Made by a program: the position numbers and the translations under genes
Shown: positions 50,819-64,000 of the stretch, piece by piece
Numbering within the stretch: the stretch's first letter is position 1
How the letters are laid out: every line of letters begins with the position of its first letter
Notes under the pieces: model-generated
The model's input: the letters and a program-made list of their open reading frames with translations, nothing else
Told to the model about the DNA's origin: nothing
Database searches by the model: none
NCBI GenBank assembly: GCA_012295275.1
Contig: CM022666.1
Span: forward strand, 8,990,001-9,054,000
Length of the DNA: 64,000 nt
Source: Chrysomallon squamiferum
Lineage: Eukaryota; Animalia; Mollusca
Direction of reading: 5' to 3'

Positions 50819-51399
50819 CTGTAATTATAATAATATTATAATATAGTCTTAATAATCAAAGAAAACTTTTACCTGTTAAGCCTTAGTATTGTAAGAAATG
50901 AAGCTGAATTTGTAATTCATAACAAAGAAAATGATGTACATACCAAGATAGACATAGAAATATTAGGAGTGATGCTGACCAGAAAGACAGACAATGGCAC
51001 CAAGATAAAGATAAATACTTGAGAGAGACAGATGGACATACACAAACACAAACACACACAAATACACACACACACACACAAACACACAAACACACAGTCA
51101 GAGAATCTATGTCAATCTACTTAACTATTAATTAAAATAATATAGATGCAGTATAATAATTGTTTAACTTCTGAATAGACTAAAATTAAATTCTGTTTTT
51201 AAATGTCATATTACAATGAGATACGTACTGAAAATCAGTGAACTGATGAACACAGACAGACAGACAGAAGTAACTGGTTGACATTAATACAACAGTTCCA
51301 AAGCCTGTATACCAATATGTGTATGTATGTGTGTTCAAATATGTGAATTTGTTTATGTATTTGTCTGTTGTTGGGTTTTTGTGTGTATGTATGTGTGTT

Positions 51400-51401
<2 letters not shown>

Positions 51402-51471
<70 letters not shown>
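51402..51471. repeat. (TG)n microsatellite
   Basis: Uninterrupted TG run of about 70 bp. Confidence 0.95.
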
Positions 51472-51472
<1 letters not shown>

Positions 51473-53479
51473 ATGTTTGTCTGTGTGGGTATGCGTGGCT
51501 CTGTCTATGTCTGTTTTTCCACAAAATATTTTTCTACTTAAACAAAAAGTTTTTGACATATCTGAAAATGAGGTTTTTAAGATGGGCTAAAGCTAAATGT
51601 ACCTTAAAGTGGAAGAAAATAAGCTTAAATCTGTTTATTTTTAAATTAAAAAAAAAGAAAAGGAAAAAAGAAACATTTTAATAATTCACCAACATTTTTC
51701 ACATTTAAATTCTTTAGAAAACTTTTCTAGACTCATCATCTTTATTATTATTATTTTTTTTAATATGGAGTGTCCTGAGGGGTTTCACAACAAAATGGAA
51801 GTCCGTCACAATCACCTTTAACTCAACAGGTAGTGAAGCTTGTCTGTACAAAAAACACTCAACAGGTGTACTGTGTTCACCTGTAGAAGAACAGTTAACA
51901 TTACATTTCACACCACAACATCAAAGTAAAAACACTGATGGATTTTGTCACTCCACTGTCATACCTCAATGGTTTTTTAATATATTTTATTTTCAAAGAA
52001 GCAGCATGATACTAAGACTGTCCAGAAGGTGAGAAGAAAGATGTATTCAGCTAAATACTGCCCTGAGCAGACAAGCACACACATAACACGCCCTCCCCTG
52101 GGCTCTCAGAATGTTTATCTAGGATACATTGTCACATGTCAGAAGCTGACAGGAAAACAAAATCTTACAAAATGAAGAGGTTTGTTTACTGTAACAGTTA
52201 TATACACGTTTTTCTTATCGTTATTTATATTTAAAATATTGCTAATGTTTTTAAAAATTCACCATACATGATTATGTTATTTTGTATATTAATAACATAA
52301 TCAAAACTAATTATAGTGTGTGTATGTTTATATACATTCACACACACAAACATACACAGTGCACATTTACCTAAATATGGGTGACAATTATTATGTATAG
52401 TGAATATTCAGGGGTTAATGATTCAAGTATGTATTATCTAATGTAAACCGATATTCTCAATATTATTACAATCAAAATAGCTTCTTTAAATATCATCAGA
52501 TATTGATGACATAAATATATACATATCCATACTAACATACACATACACCACATACATGCTCATATTCAAGCTCAGTTACACAAATATATTCTGACACATT
52601 CCTATACACTTAAATACAAATATTCCGTCAATACAAATTTATTCAACTTGTTACAGATCTGAAAATAAATATTTAAAACAAAAAAACAAAACATTATTTA
52701 AAATTCAGGGTGATAAATTAACAATTGTTTTCATCAGTTGTAAAAAAAAAAAAAAAAAAAAAACAAAGGTAATAATAAACATTTTTAAAACCATTTGAAA
52801 GAATAATAAATAAATAAATAATAAATAAATAAAATGTCTTTTTTCCCATACCAAATCTATTAAAAAAACAAACAAAACATCACAGTATGACAACAAAGAA
52901 ATCTAGATCGAATTATAATTTTTACCTTTAATATTCAGCTTTCTCTTTCTGCCAAACACAAAGAAGCACTTTCCAAAATATGACATAATACAAGTGATAC
53001 ACTACACATGACCCACATCTTTTCTTTTTATACTAGCGCTCACTCCTACTAGAAAGCAAGCTTTTGTAGTAAATAGTATTAACCCACACCTACTGCTTGA
53101 CATGTTAAAAAAACCAATGTGATTGGCCAATCTCACGATGCACTCATTGGTCTCTGTACACCGCCTACATGAATTTGTCTGTCTGGGCTTGAATGAAATA
53201 TCAGAGTATCTGGCCAAGTGTCATGAAATATAACACAATACAATACAGGTGTAGGTATGTATGTGTGTATGTGTGATTGTATACGTATGCTGTGCTGAGC
53301 TGAAATGTTTTAAAATAATAGTGTTGTGATTTGGTTATATATAGAAGCAAGGATAGGTAAAAAAAATAAAAATAATCAATTGTTGTGGTAATGTCAGAAT
53401 AGGTTAGTCATTTTTTCAATTTATCATTTTTTATTTCGTGATTTTCTATTTGTTGTTCTGGTGTGATAAATAATATAAT

Positions 53480-53845
53480 AGTGAAAGTTTAAAAATCAAA
53501 AGTGATGGAAAGTATTTAATACTTTCAACTTAGATTTTGCTAAAATTGTAATAGCTTGGTAAATATTTGAAAAATCAATTATAATGCTAAACATAATTGA
53601 TTCTGAGCAGATTTTGCTGAAATTATGAATAAAAATATATTGAAAATTTAAACATCAAATGTAATGCAAAATAAACTGATTTCTACTAGATGTTACTTAA
53701 ATTATGAGAAATAACATAATGGTGAAAATTTTAAAATCAAATGTTATCCAAAATGTTACTGATTTCGATCAGAGTTTGCTGAAATTATGAGTAATTAGTA
53801 TAATTTTTTAAAAAATCAAGTGTATTGCAAAATTAATTTATTTCA
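53480..53845. repeat. ~80-bp tandem repeat, about 4.5 copies
   Basis: AAAATCAA-like anchor at about 53492, 53571, 53651, 53733 and 53812, each followed by TGATTTC...AGATTTTGCTGAAATTATGA-like sequence. Confidence 0.8.
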
Positions 53846-54579
53846 TTGCCAATTTCATGTTCTGATTTGTGTTTTATCTTTAAGTATGTCTGACATACAT
53901 ATTAATTATTTAAGTGAAGTTCAACTGGGAGGGAAGTGTGTGATTAAAATGTACCAAGTCCTCTGACTAGTGCAGTAAGATTTATAGTTAATGAGTATCA
54001 ACGTGTCTACAAATATTCCACTTTCCCCCATGTAAAATTTATTATTCAGACAAAATATCCTGAGACCCCTTTTTGTGAATGTACAGTATATAGCTCAGTG
54101 GACAGCATATTTCTAATATTATGCACCTTTCATGAAAGATTTGTTTTGGAAATTTACTTTGGTATGATGCAAGATAACATTATTTTCCAAATCTTTTTTT
54201 TTTTGTTTCTATTAACAATCACCATACTACTGAATAATATTATGTAAATAGAGATAATTTCACTGCATAATTTGATACAAATTTTGAATGAAGCAAGGTA
54301 ATGGTAATAAAATAATGATCTTGTTTACAACAGATGTCATCTGAGATTCTTGCTGAAAAGAAAAACATGTTTTCCCCACAAATTGTTCCTAAGCATTGTA
54401 AGGCAAAACGTCATTACTTAAATGTCACATATATTGATCGAAATTCAGTTACGGAAGTGTACTCTAGAGAAGGTATTTTATATGATATCAAACTGACCGA
54501 GTGTGTACATGATTTTAAAAATTATTATTATTCACCTACAATTAAGTAATAAAGTTATTATATTTCATAAAGATTTACA

Positions 54580-54610
<31 letters not shown>

Positions 54611-57454
54611 TACACACACACACTGCAAACACTTACACACTTACACACTTACTGCTATTGTATTAAAATTATTTTGCTTCTTTTTAATTAATAAAAATGA
54701 AGAAAGATATTATTTTTCTTTTTCTAACCTTATTTTTAGTTTAAATCTTTTCTCCTTGCTAACTATATCTAAATATTTACTCTATTCTTAACTGCAATGT
54801 GGACAAGTTGTTTGTCACCAACCATTAGGCTTTGTAAAAATCATTACATGCATATGTGTATGTACATATGTGACTGCATTTCTTATTTGACTTTTTCTTT
54901 TTTCTTCTTTTGTTGTCTGTTCATTTGTCCTATCTAACCTGTAAATGAACTGCTTTTTTTTTTTTGACTTGTTTCTTTGTTGTTTGGGGAATTTTTTTAT
55001 TTTTATTTGTTTGTTTCCATAAAATGTGTTGTAATGCATTTATAAACTAATGTTTAACTACGCCAACATTACATGAGAAAAAATCCAAATTAAGATTGAA
55101 TGGGCTTTTCTTACAATTAGTAGCAAGGAAACAGCTTTTAATAAAAATTAAAAAATTAAAAAGTCAAGAGGCACTGGTTTGGAATGAGAAAATAAACTAT
55201 GGTGCAGCAAGCAGCAATAGTCATGCTTCAGATAAACACTGCACACTGTAAACACAGGTAAGACTTCAGCTTGAGTTGTTACATCTCGTTAGCATTCTTC
55301 AACAGGTAGCACACACAGGTATGCAAAATTCCTCTTTCAGTGACCACTGAGCAAAATGAACAGTCAAATATTTGTTTATTTTCTTTTTGTCATCTGCAGG
55401 TGGGTGAAAGTGAAACACCAGTTAGTTTCCGTAGTTTCTGACAGAGTGGAATGCAAGGTCATTGTAGGTCACTGATACTGAAAGACCTGAGTTATCTTTG
55501 AAATACATTTTTTTTTTTTTTTTTTTTTTTAAATGTTAATGTCAAGGTATCATGAAAATGACTAAGAAGAATAATTATTTATTATATTTTTAAAGGAAGA
55601 ACAATAATTACAAACACATGATTTCTGTTCTTAACAAAGTTAATGTTAATCAGATATATAAATAATTAAATAAAAGATAATATCTATAAAATAATGTTTT
55701 CAAAGTATGCAAAGTAAATAATATTTACAAAGAATTATTTCAAAAATATAATACCTTAAATTTTTGAGAAAATGTTTTTCACTGATTAATAATTATGTAT
55801 GGTTAAAATTTTATCATCATATTAAATAAACACACTTGGAATTTTAAAAAAAAAGGAATTTATACAATTTTTGGGAATGGAGGATTAAAAAGGAAATTGA
55901 AAGAGTAAAGATCCCATACTAAAAAAAATAGAAGAGGATTCTTGGAGATGGGAAGAAGTAAAGATATTTGGGATTCAAAGATATGAGTAGACTGTTCGGA
56001 CTGGAATAGGGAAAATGCCACATTGTTGATGTATATGTTTCTAGGAGAAAAAACTATTTAAACTTTGTAATTGATATTAATACACATCTGTTTGATACTA
56101 ACCTTTATTTATTTATTTATTATTGTTGTTGTTGCTGTTATATTATTACTACCGTTATTATTATTATTATTATTATTAATATTATTTATTATTATTACCA
56201 TTATTATCATTACCCTATTATTATTATTTGACATTGACATCTATCTTACTTAAACAGGTAACTTGCAGACTTTAGTAACATTATAACAATAGCTGTCAGT
56301 ACTAATCCAAACAAGTAGTACAAATCTTATTAATCCTGCATTACTCTGACATGGCATGTCTGACAGTATCAGACTATCACAACACTGACCACATTTTAAT
56401 TCCTCACCATTTCTCTGTAACAGCTAAAAACCTCTGATAATTCTGTAATAGTTTGTTACCAAAACTTCCTGGATTCATCAAAATTAGTGTTTTCATCTAT
56501 TATATAAAACTACAAACTCTTCAATATTTTACAGTTATAATTTTAAGGATGATGACAACAGATTAATATTAGACAGTGACTCTTTTCATCTATTGTATGA
56601 AACTCTAAACCCCTTCAGTTATAATATTAATAATGATAAAAGACATTACAGTGGCACAAAATACCAGTTACAGTTTAGAACCGATCAAGTGTATAAGCAT
56701 TATGTATGAAGCTTTGTGTGTTCATGTTTCAATGTCTTTGTCTATTTGTATATATATATAAACACACATACACAGTCAGGTCAAATAAAATAATAAGATT
56801 TTATCAAAACACTGATATTCTCCTTGTACAATATATGACTGTATATGTATCTGTACATGTATTTGTGAATCTGTATATTTATGAAAATCTGTGAATGTGT
56901 GTGCTGATTCATAAATAAAAAGGGTTAATAAAATACAAGTGTAAGAAGAAGTGAGTTCATGACTTTCCGATGCATCAAATTTAAAAAAATTTTTTTAAAT
57001 TAATTCAATTAATTTCAAAAGACATCTGTTGAAACTGTTTTCCAACCACCCAGATAAAACAAACTAGTTTTCACAAACTCTACACTTTCTAAACTTTCTC
57101 TATATTCCTCCCATCCCAACCATGAAATCAGCATTTGCTTTCTGCACATCCAAGACAAAACAAACAAGTTCTGAAATCCTCTACAGACCAGCAGTCACCA
57201 TATCACCCCATTTCAACCATGAAGTAAGTGTTTTTGTTTCTGAAATCAAATTACAGTCTGCAGCTGTCTTCTTTGTGCACACCAAGTTTTTAAAATTTCC
57301 TATGAGAAAAAAGTTCTGTAAGACACCAGCTATCTGGTTTTTTAATAGCTAAAACAGATTTACAAAAGTATGCAATGCCACAAGAATTTATTTGCACACA
57401 AAGAAGCTTATATACTTATTTCTGACAGATACATCTTCAGTATTTCCAATTTTA

Positions 57455-58023
57455 CCGTATATACTTGTGTACAAGGCGACCTTATGTATAAGTCGATGTG
57501 TATTTTAAGACCAAAAACTGCGTCATTTTAGGTATTACTTGTGTATAAGTCGACTGTAGATTCCAGGCACCGTCACTATTTTTAGACCAGTGTGACAGTG
57601 CCATGAAGACCTACATTGTATGCCTACTGTAACATAACTTGCACGAGCTGTAACTTGCACGAACATACCATAATAACGTAAATGCATGTATTACACGAGC
57701 TATAGCCTAAATCATTGCAAGACGCCGTACTGACGGTTTTCTCGCTTTAAAATGTATTTTTATGTCATTAAACGGAAGAATATCATGTTTTACATTCATA
57801 TTTGGTTTTGTTATTTAATTTTTCAAAAATATGTATACGATAAAATTATATTTTTGAAAAGCTGAAAGACACAATTATTTTAGATGCATCCTGTAGCAAA
57901 AATAGTCAAAATGGCGACTCTTCAGCAACAGCTACAAAAGCATTACCTATGTATAAGTCGACCCCCAAAATATTACCTTAATATAGTCTCCCAAAAATTC
58001 GACTTATACACAAGTATATACGG
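57455..58023. mobile_element. Non-autonomous Tc1/mariner-superfamily (Tc2/pogo-like) MITE, 569 bp, TA target duplication
   Basis: Left end CCGTATATACTTGTGTACAAGGCGA versus reverse complement of right end CCGTATATACTTGTGTATAAGTCGA (23/25). TA flanks both ends (57453-54, 58024-25). Internal copies of TGTATAAGTCGA at 57485, 57542 and 57950. No transposase ORF. Confidence 0.88.
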
Positions 58024-59131
58024 TATTTTAAATAGTACTGCTCAAATGAAAAAAGAGCATACACATGTACATACACTCACACAGACACAAACGTGTGTAT
58101 ATATATATATACACACATATGTACACATATACAAATACATAGGATCATACATACATATACAAGCACAAGATATTCATGTTATTTTCTAGCTGTTTGGTTA
58201 AATTACAAGAGGTTGTTTAACAACAAATTCACAACACGTATACATGTATTTAGCTGTCTGATAATACCACGGTTACTACAACAAACAACAAAACAATCAC
58301 ATGCAAGTTTACAACAATTATTTACACTGTTTGGATATATCACTTAACAAGACTTGTAAAGATGTTGGTTTTAATACAATTGCAACAAGAACAAAATAAT
58401 GAGAGAAAATTTAAAATTCCAATGCACAAACAAATATAAAATTAAAAAAACCCAACCTGTCTGGAAACAGAAAACTATTATCTGTCAATAAAATATGACA
58501 TTATTTGAATAAACTATATATAGGTATGTGTGTGCATAAGTTTATACATTTACATAAGCATGTACATAAGTATGTGTGTATGCAGTACAGTTGGGTGTAC
58601 ATGTGCATATATGTAGATGGGTACATGTTTGATTATTCATGTTTGTATGTAAAGGTACATCTGTAATTATATGTGTTTAAGTAATATGTGTGTATATGTG
58701 TGTTGGTGGATGTGCATGCATGTGTGCATATGCACATGTATTTAATTTTTAATTTTTTTTATTTATTTTTTGTCTGGTATGTATGTGTATATACATACAT
58801 TTTATATATATGTATATACATACATTTTATTTATATATATATATATACATACACACACACATACATACATATACATACATACATACATTATTTATTAAGA
58901 AAATATATTACTTAAATGTAATATTTACAAGCTGTACATTTACTACCATGTATATTGTATTTTTATTTTAAATATAAACAGACAATATAATAATGTATAA
59001 ATAAATAAATAAACAAACAAAATTAAAATTTAAAAAACAACAACTATATAATTACAACATAAATCCAGCTGCTTTTTTTTAATATTTTATATTTTTTAAT
59101 GCATCATTATTTTTATTACCTTTGTTTTAAA

Positions 59132-59133
<2 letters not shown>

Positions 59134-59184
<51 letters not shown>

Positions 59185-59205
59185 CATTATTATTATTATT
59201 ATTAT
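59134..59205. repeat. (TTA)n microsatellite
   Basis: Long ATT run with one interruption. Confidence 0.95.
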
Positions 59206-59574
59206 TTATTTTTTATTGGTTTTTTTTTTTTTTTAAATATAATTAACAGATGTTACAGAGTAAAGTGAGTGGATACAGACTGAAACTGATGGATGGCAGG
59301 CAATTTTAGTCTTTGTTTTGACTTCAGGTCATCTCAGCCTGGTCAAAGTGACCCTGGATCTAAGGGAATTTCTCATAGATTATGTAACATTTATTACGTA
59401 GCATTCAACACATGTTTTTCAAATCACACACATTATATCAAAGATTTCAACATTAGTTACATCTAAGTGTCTGTGAAGAAGTAAATGGTTTTAGGTTACT
59501 GTGTTAAAATGGTTTCAAAGAACAAAGAGTCCATCCTGAATGTTAACTACTGGTTAAGATTTTAAATGTACAAA

Positions 59575-59975
59575 TTAAGTTTATAGTCACCTCTCTAGCA
59601 TTTTTATAGGAAAATGTTACCTTTACAGAAAATGGTTCATTTCTAAGAAAAGTTATTTATTATAGGAAGTGCTGCTATTTTTTATTTTTAAAGAAAAGTC
59701 ACTTTTACAGAATTGATCCATTTGACAAGAAAAAGTTATTTTTATAGGAGACAGCTGGTGTTACAAGACAAGATGTGATTCATTTTATGTACTTTTTTTC
59801 TATAAAATAAACAACTTCCTACAGGAAAAGATCACTTTTATTTGAAGTGACATACTTTATAGGACAAGTCTCTTTTACTTACAGGTCATGGTCCATTTTA
59901 CAGAAAAAATTATTTTATAGGAAGTAATACATTTTACAGGAAATGTCACTTTTCTCTATTTTACAGGACAATACT
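59575..59975. repeat. Degenerate short-period repeat (TCACTTTTACAGGAAA-like)
   Basis: Many TTT(T)A(C/T)AG(G/A)A units separated by GTTA/GTCAC/GTCCA motifs. Confidence 0.65.
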
Positions 59976-60607
59976 AGATTTAATGAAATCAGAGAAGGTA
60001 CTTTATTTACATGAGAGGTTTTCAGTGTTGGGAATTCATTCTGAACTTTACAGATACAACTTACCTAACTTAAAGCTGAGGTCATGCCAGGACACTAATC
60101 ATCTCAATAAAATAAACAATTTTAGTAATGACCTCTACAAAATGAATGAATGAGTGGTATTAAAAATGAGGAAGTAACAAATAAATGTTAAATTTTGAAG
60201 TGACAGCTTCACATGTTTGATACATAATTGATCAAAGTCACAACAACAAAGAACCTTGGTACCAATACAACATTAGTTACTGTGTTGATAAATACCAGAA
60301 CTGGTGGAGGAACTAGTAGAACAGAATGGCATGCAAACATACATACACACACATACACACACACAAATAAAATATAAAGTAATCTATTGAAGGCAGTTGC
60401 TGAATGTAAAAACTACACACTGTGAACATCAGCATCAGTGTCAACGTCCATTGATTTACCATATCTGCACCAACACAACCTCACACTTAGTTCTAGTAGT
60501 CAGTGCAGCAGTTATAAATAACTAGCAAGTCTAACAGTGAACACTGGAACATAGACTTGACTCCAGTCTCTCTCAAATTTGATTGAATATAATCTGATGA
60601 TATGAGT

Positions 60608-60609
<2 letters not shown>

Positions 60610-60668
<59 letters not shown>

Positions 60669-60710
60669 CTTTGTGTGTAAACATGTGTTATCTTTGTGTG
60701 TGTGTGTGTG
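60610..60710. repeat. (TG)n microsatellite with a duplicated TGTGTTATCTTTGTGTGT flank
   Basis: TG run at 60610-60664 followed by two TTATCTTTGTGTGT copies. Confidence 0.9.
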
Positions 60711-63179
60711 TAAGAAAGAAAGACTAAAAGCATACAAATAGAAATGTGTAAATGTACGAGTATAGGGACCTCAGGATATGTGTTTTTGTGATTTTATATA
60801 TATACACACACACACAAGACACTGAATAACTTACAGTTTACATCAGCACTATCTTTAAACTGCTAGCTATTTTTGTTCCCCTTGTTATCACTTCAACCAT
60901 CATCTCCATTCAGGTATAAAAATAACTTCTTTTTAACTTCCCATTTCTTCACCTTTCTCTCCCTTATAACCTCAACCAGGATATAAAGAACAAAGAGGAA
61001 CAGATGCAGATGCATGACTGAACAATTTTAATATTTATTACATTTATTTAGTATGCAAGTATGTTTAAGTGTGTTAATGGATTTATGTGTAGGAGTGTCA
61101 GTGTAATTATATGGGTTTCTATATATATGTATGTATGTATGTTTGTATGTACTTATGTTTATTTTTATCTGTATGCATGTGCGTTTGTACGTCTTTATAT
61201 ATACATATACATTTCTTCATTTTTGTGTACGTGTTATTATGTGTACTTGTGTGTGTGTGTGCACGTGTGTGTATGTGTGTGTGTTTATTTATGTATATCT
61301 AAATACACATTTTACTTTTTAAAATGTAAGTCTTGAGAAGGCCTCAGAAACAACTAGCTTTGTCAGTTTTCTCTAAAAATAATGTTGTCATTATTATACA
61401 ACTGTTACATACCAAATTGTAGATAACCTATCAGCATCATTAAACCACTATAAAATAAAATAAAGGTGTAAATGTATGTGTCTGAAATGAAGTGACTACT
61501 GCATTTCACATCCTATATCACAACTTGTATTTAACAATGCAATAACAGTGTAAAATAAAGTTACTATTATAATTTATATCCTGTATAACAACTATAACAG
61601 TGAAATAACTGTTTGTTGGTACACAACACAACCACATGCACATACACTATTATCTTAAATATTATCAATGACTACTGTATTTAGCAGTTAAATAATCATA
61701 TAAAACAAATATATAAATATATACAAGTATATGTAAGAGAAAGAGGTGACCACTGTATCATATTACCTATAAAACAGAATATAATAAAAACAAGGTAGAG
61801 AGGTCCTGCTGATGAAGAGTTGTCATCAGTCACAACAATATTAACTATTAGCTGGTGTAAAACAAAGACAAGATATAAATATCTGAATCTGGAAGACAAA
61901 GAAAGTACATCTAACTGTAGGCTATGTCTGCTATCACATGCCGTGTGTAACTTAACATGGTCATGCAATGCATGCCTGGTATGCAGGCTGTGGTAGCAGT
62001 ATATATCCTATCTGCCATGCTTTCTGAAGCAGAACTGATTTTGTTTTTTTTCCTTTCATCTATTTCACAAAATACTTATCAATATGTCTAAATTTAATTT
62101 CATAAATAGACAATTTACTTTTGTTTCCTGTTTGCAGGTTTTTTTTCAACATAAACATTTACTCTGTTTTATTTATATATATATTTACTTTAATATTAAT
62201 AGTTTTTGTAATCATGAAATCCATTGAATATTTTGAAGAAAAAAAACAAAAACTTATTGATTATATAATATATGCTGAGAAAAAAACAAAAAACAAATAA
62301 AAAGCATTCAGATGTATTAAAAGGGCTATATTCAAAAGCTTTAAAAACACACAATTTGTGATGTATAATTTAAAGATTCTTCCAAACAAAACAAACAAAT
62401 GACAGAGAGATAACTCCACTACTAGCATTTAATATATATATATATATATATATATATTTGTATTATTAATTTAGTTATGAATTCATGTGCCAATTTTTAT
62501 CACATATACATGGTTATTGGAATTCATTTGAATAAAATTAAAACAAAAAACTAATTTATCAAAATAAAACAAACACTCATTTGAACATAACCATGTCAGT
62601 ATGTGTTAAAGATATTTTTTAAAATGTAATTGTAAATTTTTATAAATGTAGCAAAAATGAACATATAATACTAGTATCTTAAAGAAAAAAAAAAAAAAGA
62701 ATAAATCAAACATCTGTATGTCACCTCTATTTTAAAATGTTAATACATTTGTTGTTTTACTGGGTTTTTTAATCAGTACTGGTAGTGTAGTGTACCAAGC
62801 AGGAAACTAGATGTAGTTATTAAATTGTGCTCATATTTTGTCTTGAAAAAGTAACAATATATTTGTGTACAAAGTATATAGGTGTATATAGGTGTGTGTG
62901 TGTGTGTGTATTTGCATGTTTTTATGTATATTTATGTATTTGTGTATACAAAATTGCAATCACATTTGTATGTGAGTATATATGTGCTGATTTGTTATAT
63001 TTATTTATGTATAAGGTAATATTATTTCATATCTAAATGAAGATCTATGATTTACAAGATGACAGATGCACAACACAACCCTGTGACTAACAGAGATATT
63101 TGTGTTTTGTACAAACATTGGCTGACTATTTAACATATCTTGCAGGCTAAAATAGTTTCAAGACCAGACTTGTATTATC

Positions 63180-63580
63180 AGCTTATCACTTATACCACTT
63201 ACATACACATAGAGACATTGATCTTTATATTGCCAGATCATGCATAATAGTACATCTTGTGTGCATGTGTGTGTTTGTGTGTATGAGTGCATGTGTGCGA
63301 GATTATCACTACACCATTTACACAGACTTTTATCTTTATATTGCCAGATCACTCATAACTGTGTGTGTGTGTGTGTGTGAGTATGAGTGTGAGTGTGTGT
63401 GTGAGAATATCACTATACTTTAACAGACTTATCTTTATATTGCTAGATCACTCATAATAATGTTTGTTTATGTGTGTGTGTGCGCGTGTGCATGTGTGTG
63501 TGTGTCTGTGCATGTGTGTGAGAGATTATCAATATACTGCATACATGGAATCATTTATCTTCACACTGCCAGATAACTTT
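63180..63580. repeat. ~110-bp tandem repeat with embedded (TG)n, about 4 copies
   Basis: Unit AGATTATCACTA...TTATCTTTATATTGCCAGATCACTCATAA followed by a TG-rich tract. Confidence 0.8.
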
Positions 63581-64000
63581 AACAGTAGAAGGCTCTGTTG
63601 TGTATGTTTAAGTACGTATGTATGTATTATGTGTGTGTGTGTGTGTGTGTATCTGTGTCAATCCATATCAGTGTCTATATGTTTGTAAGTTCAAAGAAAG
63701 TATGTATGTCTGTGCATGTATGTGCAAGAGAGAAAATGTTTGTGTGTGTGCATCTGCATGTTTGCATGTGTTTTTTCTATGTGAATACATATGGATAATC
63801 TTATGCATGTATGTGTATTACTCATTATACAAGTTTATGTGCATGTACTTTAGGCACATTTTTAAATAATTGGTACACAAAAAAAAAATAGAATCTTTTA
63901 TATAGGCTATCATCTAAATTAAAATAAAACTAAATGCAAGAGAATGCTATTTATAAAAAAAACACAGTACTTATAAAAATTAAAATTAAAATTAAATTGA

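Noticed and set aside
55010-55045. HYNTFYG peptide on minus, resembling the missing UTX exon (HYNAFQW)
   Set aside because: An in-frame TAA lies immediately upstream, the FLYGLGLVYF part is absent and there is no suitable donor.
61745-61830. LYLVF...MIQW peptide as the missing UTX exon
   Set aside because: The similarity is superficial and the spacing and splice signals do not fit.

Overview
Very AT-rich, microsatellite-laden, CpG-depleted eukaryotic DNA from an invertebrate, probably a gastropod mollusc (inferred from decayed SINE fragments recognised from memory). Three spliced genes could be rebuilt by hand. (1) The 5' part of TMEM164 on the minus strand runs off the left edge. (2) A complete 6-exon CLNS1A/pICln gene on the plus strand (211 aa) appears to share an ETS/CCAAT bidirectional promoter with TMEM164, and its first intron seems to use a weak GC donor. 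(3) 25 coding exons of a KDM6A/UTX H3K27 demethylase on the minus strand (TPR, IDR, JmjC, Zn domain) have their N-terminal exons beyond the right edge. The window also holds a Tc2/pogo-like MITE, SINE relics and many minisatellites. The most notable observations are: a repeat in the presumed distal KDM6A 3'UTR with five Pumilio elements; a palindromic two-strand poly(A) signal between the convergent genes; intron-specific minisatellites next to exons whose units resemble 5'ss, branch-point or 3'ss signals; an in-frame duplicated donor that would add an acidic insert to UTX; and a chain of uORFs in the TMEM164 leader. Nearly all ORFs in the supplied track are low-complexity artefacts or partial exon read-throughs. 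All coordinates were counted by hand and no searches were run.
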